Shown here: piece after piece, positions 10,016-18,887 of the stretch
Numbering within the stretch: position 1 is the stretch's first letter
Layout: every line of letters starts with the position of its first letter
Assembly (NCBI GenBank): GCA_034667725.1
Contig: JAXDQS010000010.1
Coordinates: forward strand, 96,001 to 160,000
Reading direction: 5' to 3'
Length of the DNA: 64,000 bases
From: Thermoplasmata archaeon
GTDB taxonomy: Archaea; Thermoplasmatota; E2; JACPAO01; JAHFTW01
The notes under the pieces: generated by a model
Told to the model about the DNA's origin: nothing
Seen by the model: only the letters and a program-made list of their open reading frames with translations
The model's database searches: none
Translations under genes and position numbers: made by a program

Positions 10016-10450
10016 CTACGCCAAGGCCACCACGAGCGCGGCGGCCAGCAGCGCGACGGCCCCCAGCGCCCAGCCCCATCCGAACCGGGAGCGGCCCTGC
10101 ACGCGCCGCAGCTCGAACGCCCACCACAGCGCCATGAACAGGAAGGCGTCCACGAGGGCGGCGGCGAGGCCGAGCAGCCCGCCCACGACGGGCCCGACGG
10201 GCAGCACGCCGGCGGCGGCCAGGCTCCCGTAGCCCGCGACCGACATGACGAAGATGCTCCAGAAGCCGACGCGGTCGCGGCGCCAGATGGCCTCGACGAC
10301 GGGCGGGTTGGGCCCGCGGAAGTCCACCGTGAGCACCCCTTCGGCCTCGCGCCGCAGCCGCACCTGCCGGCCGTGCGCCTTGGCGGCGAGCACCACCGCT
10401 GCGGCCGCGAGCACCACCGCCACGCCGCCTTGCAGCAGCGGGTCGGTCAC
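10016..10450 (-). CDS. Hypothetical membrane protein
   Basis: GTG overlapping the upstream stop (GTGA); 4 hydrophobic segments. Confidence 0.6.
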   Translation of the reverse strand: MTDPLLQGGVAVVLAAAAVVLAAKAHGRQVRLRREAEGVLTVDFRGPNPPVVEAIWRRDRVGFWSIFVMSVAGYGSLAAAGVLPVGPVVGGLLGLAAALVDAFLFMALWWAFELRRVQGRSRFGWGWALGAVALLAAALVVALA

Positions 10451-11580
10451 GGCGTCTCCCGCGGCGTGCCTTCGGCGCACGCCTGGCGGTGGGCCTCGGG
10501 CACGGCCAGGCAGCGCTCGGCGCGCGCCTCGGGGCGCGACTCCAGCGCCACGTGCATGTCGCCGACCGCCTGGTAGCAGTAGGCGACGACGGCGGCCAGG
10601 AGGACGGCGCAGCGGTCGAGGCCGGCCTGCAGGTCGCCGGCGTGGTTGATGCTCTCCATCACGACGCTGCGCATGCAGTGCAGGCTCGCCGTCTGGTTGG
10701 GCGCCAGCTCGCACGCCGCCAGGGCGGAGCGGCCGTCGATGCGCTCCTGCGCCGCCACCACCTGCCCGATGCCCGACTCGCACGCCAGCGCGTAGGCGCC
10801 GGCCTGGGCGCACGCCTCGAACGCCGCGGTCAGGTTGCCGCCGCGCAGCAGCAGCACGACGCCGGGCTGGACCTGCCAGCAGCCGACCAGGAGCGCCACC
10901 GGCACCAGCTGGTCGCACGGGAACAAGATGTCCTCTGGCAGGATGCGCGGGACGCCGTGGGTGCCATGGACGTGGGCGCCGGCCTTCTCGTCCACCAGGT
11001 TCTGCATGAAGACGCCGCTGCCGCAGTTGACCTGGTCCTCGAAGGACGCGATGCCCATGCAGCGGCCGCCGGCCTGGATCCAGTCGCCGTCGAACGCCAT
11101 CAGGAGGCCGTGGCCGACGCCGTGCCAGCATTGGTGGACGAGGTGCTGCGCCTTCGGCCCGTCCGCCACGCACAGGCCCTCCAGCGGCGCGTCCGGCGGG
11201 CTGCGCGCCAGGTGCGCCTCGACGACGCCGTGCAGGCAGCCGGAGCCCATGCCCGGCGGGCACGCGGCCATCGCGCGGTGGACGTCGCCGTGCAGGTCGA
11301 GCGCGAACCGCCCGAGCGCGTGCGCCCACTGGTGCGCGTCGCCGGCGGTCCCGTCGAGGGCCGTGACGTTGGCCAAGAGGGCGAACGCCGCGCCGGCGCC
11401 TTCCGCCCGCATCACGTCCTGGAGCGCGTCCTGCACGCAGGCCGGCGGGTCGGCGCGGGGCGCGCACCACGCCAACAGGCCGGCGGCGTCCCGCGGCGGC
11501 CCCGCGTCCGCGGGCGCAGGCGTCGTGCAGCCGGCCAGCAGCAGGATGGCCGCCATGGCAGCGCCCGCAAGCCCACGCAT
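10447..11580 (-). CDS. Cys/His-rich helical-repeat lipoprotein of unknown function
   Basis: LLLAGC lipobox; HQWAH, GCLHG, CWHGVGHG and regularly spaced Cys pairs. Confidence 0.75.
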   Translation of the reverse strand: MRGLAGAAMAAILLLAGCTTPAPADAGPPRDAAGLLAWCAPRADPPACVQDALQDVMRAEGAGAAFALLANVTALDGTAGDAHQWAHALGRFALDLHGDVHRAMAACPPGMGSGCLHGVVEAHLARSPPDAPLEGLCVADGPKAQHLVHQCWHGVGHGLLMAFDGDWIQAGGRCMGIASFEDQVNCGSGVFMQNLVDEKAGAHVHGTHGVPRILPEDILFPCDQLVPVALLVGCWQVQPGVVLLLRGGNLTAAFEACAQAGAYALACESGIGQVVAAQERIDGRSALAACELAPNQTASLHCMRSVVMESINHAGDLQAGLDRCAVLLAAVVAYCYQAVGDMHVALESRPEARAERCLAVPEAHRQACAEGTPRETP

Positions 11581-11666
11581 CAGCCCTTCAGGGACGCTGC
11601 CGCGCAAAACCGTTTGCGGACGCCGGGCCGGTCGCGCTTTTGAAGGCCGCCCCCGTCGCGGTTCTC

Positions 11667-12467
11667 GTGGCAAAGCTGAATCCCTTCCCCGAGGAGGGCG
11701 AGCTCGTCGTCGGCACGGTGCGCGAGGTCCAGAACTTCGGCGCCTTCGTCACCCTCGAGGAGTACCCCGGCAAGGAGGGCTTCTGCCACATCCGCGAGGT
11801 CGCGCCCGGCTGGGTCAAGAGGATCCGCGACTACGTGCGCGAGCAGCAGCGCGTCGTCTGCAAGGTCCAGGGCGTCGACGCCAAGAAGGGCCACATCGAC
11901 CTCAGCATCAAGGCGGTCAACGACCACCAGAAGCGCGAGACCGTGCAGGCGTGGAAGAACGAGCAGAAGGCGGACAAGTTCATGGAGCTCATGGCCGAGC
12001 GCCAAGGCACCACCCTCCCCAAGCTCATCGACCAGTTCGGCCGCACGCTCATCGCCAAGTTCGGCACCCTCTACCAGGCCTTCACGGAGGCCGCCGAGTA
12101 CGGCGACCAGGTGTTCAAGGACGAGGGCATCACGGGCGACTGGGTCCCCGCCTTCGTCGCGTTCGCCAAGGAGAACATCCAGGCCAGCTTCGTCGACATC
12201 GCCGGCTTCGTGGACATCCAGAGCCCCGCCCCGGACGGCGTCAAGCACGTCGCCAAGGCCCTCAAGGCGGCCGAGAAGTCCGAGTTCGAGGACGTCGAGA
12301 TCGAGGTCGCCTACATGGGCGCCCCGCACTACCGCGTCACCGTCAAGGCGCCCGACTTCAAGATCGCCGAGACCGAGCTGCAGAAGGCCGCCGAGCGCGC
12401 CGTCCAGGCCATCCAGAAGGCCGGCGGCTCCGGGGCGTTCCACCGCGAGATGCCCGAGAAGAAGTAG
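11667..12467 (+). CDS. eif2a: Translation initiation factor aIF2 subunit alpha
   Basis: PEEGELVVGTV..FGAFVTLEEYPGKEG S1 domain, KGHIDLS, YMGAPHY; GTG start 29 nt after TTTTGAAGG. Confidence 0.96.
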   Translation: MAKLNPFPEEGELVVGTVREVQNFGAFVTLEEYPGKEGFCHIREVAPGWVKRIRDYVREQQRVVCKVQGVDAKKGHIDLSIKAVNDHQKRETVQAWKNEQKADKFMELMAERQGTTLPKLIDQFGRTLIAKFGTLYQAFTEAAEYGDQVFKDEGITGDWVPAFVAFAKENIQASFVDIAGFVDIQSPAPDGVKHVAKALKAAEKSEFEDVEIEVAYMGAPHYRVTVKAPDFKIAETELQKAAERAVQAIQKAGGSGAFHREMPEKK

Positions 12468-12468
12468 C

Positions 12469-12660
12469 ATGACCGTGATGCGCTTCTGCCGGGCCTGCCA
12501 GGACTACACCCTGAAGGACGCGTGCCCCCGCTGCGGCGGCAAGGCGGTCCAGAACACCCCCGCCAAGTTCAGCCCCGAGGACCACTACGGCGAGTACCGG
12601 CGCAAGCTCAAGAAGCTCGACGCCCAAGAGGCCAAGAACCGGCCCCCGGGCCCCTCTTGA
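12469..12660 (+). CDS. nop10: H/ACA RNP protein Nop10
   Basis: C..C..YTLK..CP.CGG...PAKFSPEDHYGEYRR; follows eif2a. Confidence 0.95.
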   Translation: MTVMRFCRACQDYTLKDACPRCGGKAVQNTPAKFSPEDHYGEYRRKLKKLDAQEAKNRPPGPS

Positions 12661-12791
12661 AGGCAACCCGGCAATCCGCCAAAACGGCCCCAATCGACAC
12701 TTGTGCCCCCCGGCGCCATATGAACCCCACCCGCGGAAAGGGCGGCCCTCACCACTCGGGACAAATACGCCCCTGCACTCCTTGGGTTTGC

Positions 12792-13004
12792 ATGGACTGG
12801 GCCACTCCGATCTACCTGCTCGCCCTTGGCGTCGTGCTCTGGGCGAACCCCTACTCGGTCGCCCGCGCCCTCGGCGTCACGACCCGCGCCGTCGGCCGCT
12901 CCGTCGGCGTCCAGACCTCCAGCAACTTCGACGCCGGCGCCGTCCGCCTCGGCGGCTTCCTGCTCGCGGTGTACGGCGTGATCGCGATGGTCATCCAAGT
13001 CTGA
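12792..13004 (+). CDS. Small 2-TM hypothetical protein
   Basis: MDWATPIYLL..., two hydrophobic helices, host codon usage. Confidence 0.6.
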   Translation: MDWATPIYLLALGVVLWANPYSVARALGVTTRAVGRSVGVQTSSNFDAGAVRLGGFLLAVYGVIAMVIQV

Positions 13005-13153
13005 TTCGGCTGCGCCGAATCAGGATGCGCCGGGGCGCTGCGCGCCCCGGACCCCCAGCCGACAAGGGGGCCGCTCCTCGCGCCGGCGCGCCGCTGCGCG
13101 CGCGGGCCGGCACGCTCGTCCTGCGCGCTCGCGCGCACGGCGGCCCCCGGCCA
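13001..13153 (-). repeat. Family B structured element, copy 1 (127-bp core 13027-13153 plus adjacent hairpin 13001-13023)
   Basis: Reverse complement matches 31858-31984 at 122/127 positions; same termini as 42164-42288. Confidence 0.9.
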
Positions 13154-13185
13154 GTTCTATAACGGACCTCCTCTTGGCGCGCCCC

Positions 13186-14826
13186 ATGCAGCCGGCGCCC
13201 ACCACCGTGAAGGGCCGGCGCTCGCGCTTCAACGAGATCCTGACGATCCTGATCCGGCACAACGCCTGGGGCTTGCTGCGGGACCTGCTGCGGGGGGAGC
13301 CGGACCGCGCCGGCCACGAGTCCGCCCCCGTGCGCCTGCGGATGCTGCTGGAGGAGCTCGGCCCGACCTTCATCAAGCTCGGCCAACTGCTGGCCACCCG
13401 CCCCGACCTGGTGGAGGGGCGCTACGTCGAGGAGTTCCGCAAGCTGTACGACCAGACCGCCCCGAGCCCCGCCCACGAGGTCCAGAAGGTGCTGCGCTCC
13501 GAGCTGGGGCGCGAGCCGTCCGCGGTGTTCGCCGCCTTCGACCCGGTCCCCATCGCCAGCGCGTCCATCGGGCAGGTCCACCGCGCCCGGCTCCAGGACG
13601 GCACCCCCGTCGCGGTCAAGGTGCAGCGGGTCGGCATCCAGGAGGAGATGGAGGCGGACTTCCGCATCCTGCGCCGCCTGGTCACCTTCATCGAGAAGAC
13701 GTTCGCCGCCAGCCGGGTGTGGCAGCCCAGCGACCACCTGGAGGAGCTGCGGGCGATGCTGGAGGCGGAGCTGGACTACCGCTACGAGATGCGCAACACG
13801 ATGCGGGTCGCCAAGAACTTCGAGGCGGACAAGAACGTGCACATCCCGCGCATGTTCCCGGAGCTGTGCAGCCGCCGCGTGCTGGTGATGGAGTTCATCG
13901 AGGGCACCAAGCTCACCGGCGCCCCCTCCAAGATGGCCGGCTTCGACCGCAAGGCCGTCGCGCGCACCCTCACGACCGCGATGGCCAAGCAGATTTTCGT
14001 GGACCGCATCTTCCACGCCGACCCCAGCCCCGGCAACCTGCTGGTGATGCCCGGCGACGTGGTGGCCTTCCTGGACTTTGGGGCCGTCGGCATCGTCTCC
14101 GAGCGCCGCGCCCGCGCCATCCTGCGCCTCATCACCGCCGTCGGCCGCCAGAACCCCGACGACACCGCCGACGCCATCCTCGACCTGTGCGACCAGCGCG
14201 CCGAGGTGGACCTGCGCAAGTTCCGCGGCGACGTCGAGCGCATCATCGACCACTTCGCCCGCGAGGAGGCCAGCATCGCCGACCCCGTGCTGATGGAGCG
14301 CATCGTCGGCCTCGCCCGCTCGCACCGGATGCTGCTGCCGCCCGACTTCGCCCTCATCACGCGGGCCTTGTTCCAGTTCGAGGGCTTCTGCCGCATCCTC
14401 GACCCCGAGTTCGACCTGGTGCAGGTGCTGGACCCGTTCGTCGCCGAGGTGGTGTGGAAGAACCTCACCTCCCCCACGGCCCAGAAGGAGCTGTTCCAGG
14501 AGGCCGCCGGCGAGCTTTTGAAGGCCGCCCGCGGGCTGCCCCGCCAGCTCAACTCGGTGCTGCGGAAGGTCGAGCGCAACGAGCTGTCGTCCCGCGTCGA
14601 GGTCGCCGGCCTGGAGGGCATCAAGTCCGCGCAAGGCCGCAGCGCCCTCAAGGCCAGCTTCACCCTCATCATCACGGGCATCATCATCGGCCTCGCCATC
14701 CTGTACGCCTCGCCGACGCCGCCGGAGCGCCTCGGGCAGTTCCTGTTCGTGGCCGCCATCCTGCTGGCCGCGTGGGCCTTGGTGATGGTGCTGTGGTCGG
14801 AGTCGTTCAAGGGCAACCGGGAGTGA
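13186..14826 (+). CDS. ABC1/UbiB (AarF) atypical protein kinase with C-terminal TM helices
   Basis: LGPTFIKLGQ, ASASIGQVH, VAVKVQR, FHADPSPGN, LDFG. Confidence 0.93.
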   Translation: MQPAPTTVKGRRSRFNEILTILIRHNAWGLLRDLLRGEPDRAGHESAPVRLRMLLEELGPTFIKLGQLLATRPDLVEGRYVEEFRKLYDQTAPSPAHEVQKVLRSELGREPSAVFAAFDPVPIASASIGQVHRARLQDGTPVAVKVQRVGIQEEMEADFRILRRLVTFIEKTFAASRVWQPSDHLEELRAMLEAELDYRYEMRNTMRVAKNFEADKNVHIPRMFPELCSRRVLVMEFIEGTKLTGAPSKMAGFDRKAVARTLTTAMAKQIFVDRIFHADPSPGNLLVMPGDVVAFLDFGAVGIVSERRARAILRLITAVGRQNPDDTADAILDLCDQRAEVDLRKFRGDVERIIDHFAREEASIADPVLMERIVGLARSHRMLLPPDFALITRALFQFEGFCRILDPEFDLVQVLDPFVAEVVWKNLTSPTAQKELFQEAAGELLKAARGLPRQLNSVLRKVERNELSSRVEVAGLEGIKSAQGRSALKASFTLIITGIIIGLAILYASPTPPERLGQFLFVAAILLAAWALVMVLWSESFKGNRE

Positions 14827-14924
14827 TGGAGGGCCGAGCGCAGCGAGGCCCTCCTTAGCGCGGGCGACCCGCGGGGCGCAGCCCCCGGGTTGGAGTCGTT
14901 CAAGGGCAACCGGGAGTGATGGAG
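14799..14924 (+). repeat. Perfect 33-bp direct repeat (14799-14831 and 14892-14924) flanking a 60-bp hairpin-rich insert
   Basis: GGAGTCGTTCAAGGGCAACCGGGAGTGATGGAG occurs twice, 93 bp apart. Confidence 0.9.
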
Positions 14925-14996
14925 CTCGGCGAAGCCCCGGCTGGCAACAAGGGGTCTAGCCGATGCCTTGATACGCCCCAGGCCGATGGATGCGTC

Positions 14997-15551
14997 ATGC
15001 GCGCCGCGTTGAGCATCCTGGGCATCGTCTGCGCCGCCTTGGCCGTCCTCATGGCAGTCCTGCTCTCGGGGCCGTTCATGCCGTTCGTGGTCTTGGCGGT
15101 CCTCGTCGTCACCGGCGTCCTTGCCATCCTGGCCCGCGGCGCCCACAGCCTCCCCGTCGGCATCGTCCTCATCGTGGGCGGCCTGCTGGCGCTGCTCTAC
15201 TACAACCCCATCGGCGGCGACAGGGGGACCTACCTGCCCGACCTGCCGCAGTTCTTCTCCGAGCCCCTGCTGGTGACGCTGCTCCTCGTGGGTGCCGCCG
15301 GCGTGCTGTGGGTCAACCGCGCCGCCTGGGGCGCCGACTGGGTCGGCTACGGCGGCCTTGCCGCCTGCGCCCTCGGCATCGTGGTCGCACTCCTGGCGGA
15401 CCCCGCCTCGTTCGGCGGCATGGGCGGCCTCAACTGGGTCGTCGCCGTCCTCGCGGTGGCCGCCGCCGTCGCCTGCGCCCTGCTGCTGCGCGAGCCGCTG
15501 CCCGAGCCGGCGGCCCCCGCCACCACCGGCACGACCGCCCGCCACCGTTAA
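14997..15551 (+). CDS. Hypothetical multi-pass membrane protein
   Basis: About 6 hydrophobic helices; start refined to ATG 14997. Confidence 0.65.
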   Translation: MRAALSILGIVCAALAVLMAVLLSGPFMPFVVLAVLVVTGVLAILARGAHSLPVGIVLIVGGLLALLYYNPIGGDRGTYLPDLPQFFSEPLLVTLLLVGAAGVLWVNRAAWGADWVGYGGLAACALGIVVALLADPASFGGMGGLNWVVAVLAVAAAVACALLLREPLPEPAAPATTGTTARHR

Positions 15552-15576
15552 GGGGCCGCCGCGGGTCGCCGCACGC

Positions 15577-16959
15577 ATGACCCTGGCCGCGCCCGCGACC
15601 ACCCAGACCGGACTGCGCACCCTCGGCTGCGGCCAAGTCCAGCCCAGCCACTACGGCAGCACGCAGTCGTTCGCCGGCTGGGTCCACCAATTGCGCGTCA
15701 AGGGCACGCTCGCGTTCCTGGTGCTGCGCGACCGCACCGGCCAGGTCCAGTTCGTCGCCAAGAAGGACGTCGACGCCGCCGTGTTCGAGGCCATCGAGGC
15801 CTTGAGCCCCGAGTCGGTCGTCTCGATCCAAGGCCTGGTGCAGGCCACCGAGAAGGCGAAGGCGGGCTACGAGGTCGTCCCCAAGGCCGTCCGCATCCTC
15901 AACAAGGCCGCCGCGCCGCTGCCGTTCGCGCTCTGGGACGACAAGATCGAGACCGGCCTCGACACCCGCCTCGACCACCGCTTCCTCGACCTGCGGCACC
16001 CCCGCAGCAAGGCCATCTTCACCATCCGCCACAAGGTGCTGGAGTCCGGCACCCGCTGGCTGCGGGACAACGGCTTCGTCGAGGTCCACACCTCCAACAT
16101 CCTCGGCCAGTCCAGCGAGGGCGGCACGGACACCTACAAGTTCGACTACTTCGGCCGCAAGGCGTTCCTGGCCCAGTCGCCGCAGCTCTACAAGCAGATG
16201 ATGATGGCCTCCGGCTTCGACCGGGTCTTCGAGGTCGGCTGGTACTTCCGCGCCGAGAAGCACAACACCGTGCGCCACCTCAACGAGTCCACCGCCTTCG
16301 ACATCGAGATGGCGTTCATCGAGAGCGAGGAGGACGTCATGGCCGCCATCGAGGGGCTGCTGACCGCCATCTGGAGCGCGGTCGCCACCGAGTGCGCCGA
16401 CGAGGTCCGCGCCCTGCGCGCCGACGTCCCCGTCCCCCGCCGGCCGTTCCGCCGCGTCCCCTACGAGGAGGCGCTCAGGCTCATCAACGCCGACATCACC
16501 AACGCCGTCGAGAAGGCGGTCGGCGTCACCCCGCTCCAGTTCGGCGACGACATCGGCACCGAGGCGGAGAAGGTCCTGGGCCGCATCATGATGCGCGACG
16601 GCCACGACTTCTACTTCATCACGAAGTGGCCGCTGGCGCCCAAGCCGTTCTACGTCATGCCCGACGACGGCACCATGGAGTCCCGCCTGTGCCGCGGCTT
16701 CGACCTGGATTACCGCGGCGTCGAGCTCATCAGCGGCGGCCAGCGCATCCACGACCCCGCCTTGCTGGAGGCCGGCATCAAGCGCTGGGGCCTCGACCCG
16801 AAGGACTTCACCAGCTACCTGGAGGCGTTCAAGTACGGGATGCCCCCGCACGGCGGCTGCGGGCTGGGCATCGAGCGGATTCTGATGATGATGCTAGGCC
16901 TTCCCAACATCCGGGAGGCCATCTTGTTCCCCCGCGACATGAACCGCCTGACGCCATAG
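15577..16959 (+). CDS. aspS: Aspartyl-tRNA synthetase (archaeal/eukaryotic type)
   Basis: AGWVH OB-fold, TRLDHRFLDLR, LAQSPQLYKQ, FRAE...RHLNE, SGGQRIH, GMPPHGGCGLGIER; CCGTTAAGG 29 nt upstream. Confidence 0.96.
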   Translation: MTLAAPATTQTGLRTLGCGQVQPSHYGSTQSFAGWVHQLRVKGTLAFLVLRDRTGQVQFVAKKDVDAAVFEAIEALSPESVVSIQGLVQATEKAKAGYEVVPKAVRILNKAAAPLPFALWDDKIETGLDTRLDHRFLDLRHPRSKAIFTIRHKVLESGTRWLRDNGFVEVHTSNILGQSSEGGTDTYKFDYFGRKAFLAQSPQLYKQMMMASGFDRVFEVGWYFRAEKHNTVRHLNESTAFDIEMAFIESEEDVMAAIEGLLTAIWSAVATECADEVRALRADVPVPRRPFRRVPYEEALRLINADITNAVEKAVGVTPLQFGDDIGTEAEKVLGRIMMRDGHDFYFITKWPLAPKPFYVMPDDGTMESRLCRGFDLDYRGVELISGGQRIHDPALLEAGIKRWGLDPKDFTSYLEAFKYGMPPHGGCGLGIERILMMMLGLPNIREAILFPRDMNRLTP

Positions 16960-17033
16960 GAGCAAGTTCACATCGGCCGTTTGCCGCCACCGGCACGGCT
17001 ACCCGCCCCGACCCGAACCCGGTCCCGGTTCCC

Positions 17034-17852
17034 ATGCACGCCACCGCACAGACCCAGGACCCCTTCTCGGACTTCAAGGCCAAGCAGCGCCAGACGTGGG
17101 CGGCGGGCAGCTTCGCCGACATCGCGTTGTTCACGACGGCGGCCGCCGGCCACCTGGTGCGCTTCGCCGGCCTGGAGGAGGGCCAGAAGGTACTCGACGT
17201 CGCCACGGGCACCGGCGTCGTGGCCGTGACGGCCGCCCGCCTGGGCTGCGAGGTCACCGGCCTTGACCTGACGCCGGAGCTGCTGGAGCACGCGAAGACC
17301 AACGCGGCGGTCGCAGGCGTCGAGGTGCAGTGGGACACGGGCGACGCGGAGCGGCTGCCCTACCCGGACGCCTCGTTCGACGCCGTGGTCAGCCAGTTCG
17401 GCCACATGTTCGCGCCCCGCCCTGAGGCCGCCACGGCCGAGATGCTGCGCGTCCTCAAGCCCGGCGGCCGCATCGCCATCGCCACCTGGCCGCCCGAGCA
17501 GCTCGTCGGCAAGCAGTTCCAGCTGGTCGCGGGCTACTTGCCTGCGCCGCCGGGCGTCGCGCCGATCGGCCAGTGGGGCGAGCCTGCGATCGTGCAGCAG
17601 CGCCTCGGCGACCGCGTGCGCGACCTGCACTTCGAGCACGGCATCATGCCGATGCAGGCGTTGAGCCCGGAGCACTACCTGGCGCTCATGGAGACCAAGA
17701 ACGGACCGTTCCTGCGGGTCGCCGAGATGCTGCGCGCCGAGCCCGCCAAGCTGGCCGCGTTCCGCAACGCCTTCTTGGAGCTGGCGCGCCCCTACCACGT
17801 GGACAACGTGATGCGGCTCGAGTACCTGCTGACCCGCGCCAACAAACGCTAG
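17034..17852 (+). CDS. Class I SAM-dependent methyltransferase (UbiE/Methyltransf_11-like)
   Basis: VLDVATGTG, GDAERLPYPDASFD, RVLKPGG. Confidence 0.9.
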   Translation: MHATAQTQDPFSDFKAKQRQTWAAGSFADIALFTTAAAGHLVRFAGLEEGQKVLDVATGTGVVAVTAARLGCEVTGLDLTPELLEHAKTNAAVAGVEVQWDTGDAERLPYPDASFDAVVSQFGHMFAPRPEAATAEMLRVLKPGGRIAIATWPPEQLVGKQFQLVAGYLPAPPGVAPIGQWGEPAIVQQRLGDRVRDLHFEHGIMPMQALSPEHYLALMETKNGPFLRVAEMLRAEPAKLAAFRNAFLELARPYHVDNVMRLEYLLTRANKR

Positions 17853-17882
17853 GTTCTCATAGCCGCACGCCACGCCAAGGCG

Positions 17883-18887
17883 GTGGCCGACGCCGCCGTC
17901 TGGACCCGCCTGCTGGAGCAAGCGCGCTGGGCGCCGTCGCCGCACAACATCCAGCCGTGGCGCGTGCGGCCCCGCTCGGCCACCGCGGCGGACCTGCTCT
18001 ACGACCCGGCGCGGCTGCTGCCGGACACGGACCCGACCGGCTTCTTCACGCAAGTCGGCTTCGGCATCTTCCTCGAGGCGCTCGACGTCGCGGCGGCGGC
18101 GCACGGCCTGGAGGTCGAGGTCGCGCCGGTGGCATGGCGCCTGGACGCCACCGCCGCGGGGCTGCCGCTGCTGGCCCGCCTTCGGTTGGCGCCGCGCACC
18201 CGGCCCGAGCCGCTCGACGCCAGCCTGCTGGAGCGCCGCCGCACCTCGCGCCTGCGCTACGACGGCGAGCCCGTGGACGCCGCGACCCTGGAGGCGTGCC
18301 GCGCCATCGCGGCGGCGGCCGGCCAGTCCTGGACCGCCACCTCGGACCCGGAGGCGGTGGCGTGGACGCTGCGGCTCAACCGCGACACGCTGTTCTACGA
18401 CATGGCGGACGCCGCCGCCCGCGGCGAGGTCGGCCGCTGGATCCGCACCACGCCCGCCGAGGAGCGGCGCCACCGCGACGGCCTGTCCGCGCGCTGCCTC
18501 GGCTTCCCCGGCTGGCTGCTGCGGCTGTTCTTCCGCCACCACCGCCTCATGGAGTGGCCGGGGCTGCGGCAGGCCATCCGGATGCGCTATGACCGTTCGA
18601 TGCGGGGGACGCGCACGGTGGCGTGGCTGACCGGCCGCTTCGACGGCCCGGCGGACGCCGTGGCCGCCGGCCGGATGCTCGGCCGCCTCTGGCTGACCCT
18701 CACGGCGCGCGGCGTCGGCCTGCATCCGTTCGGCTCGATCATCACCAACCCGCGCGCCTACGCCCGGCTGCGCGAGCGGATGGCGGGCGGCGACCCGCAG
18801 GCGCGCACCTGGCTCATCATGCGCCTGGGCCGCAGCGCCGAGCCGCCGCGCAGCCTGCGCCGCGAGGCCGCCGAGGTGCTGGCGTGA
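17883..18887 (+). CDS. Acg-like nitroreductase/FMN-binding protein
   Basis: APSPHNIQPW, RRTSR, AGRMLGRLWLTLT..G..LHP, MRLG. Confidence 0.85.
   Translation: MADAAVWTRLLEQARWAPSPHNIQPWRVRPRSATAADLLYDPARLLPDTDPTGFFTQVGFGIFLEALDVAAAAHGLEVEVAPVAWRLDATAAGLPLLARLRLAPRTRPEPLDASLLERRRTSRLRYDGEPVDAATLEACRAIAAAAGQSWTATSDPEAVAWTLRLNRDTLFYDMADAAARGEVGRWIRTTPAEERRHRDGLSARCLGFPGWLLRLFFRHHRLMEWPGLRQAIRMRYDRSMRGTRTVAWLTGRFDGPADAVAAGRMLGRLWLTLTARGVGLHPFGSIITNPRAYARLRERMAGGDPQARTWLIMRLGRSAEPPRSLRREAAEVLA

Noticed and set aside
16985-17033. 6-bp periodic CCCGNN run upstream of the methyltransferase
   Set aside because: Short low-complexity sequence with no start codon or second copy seen.
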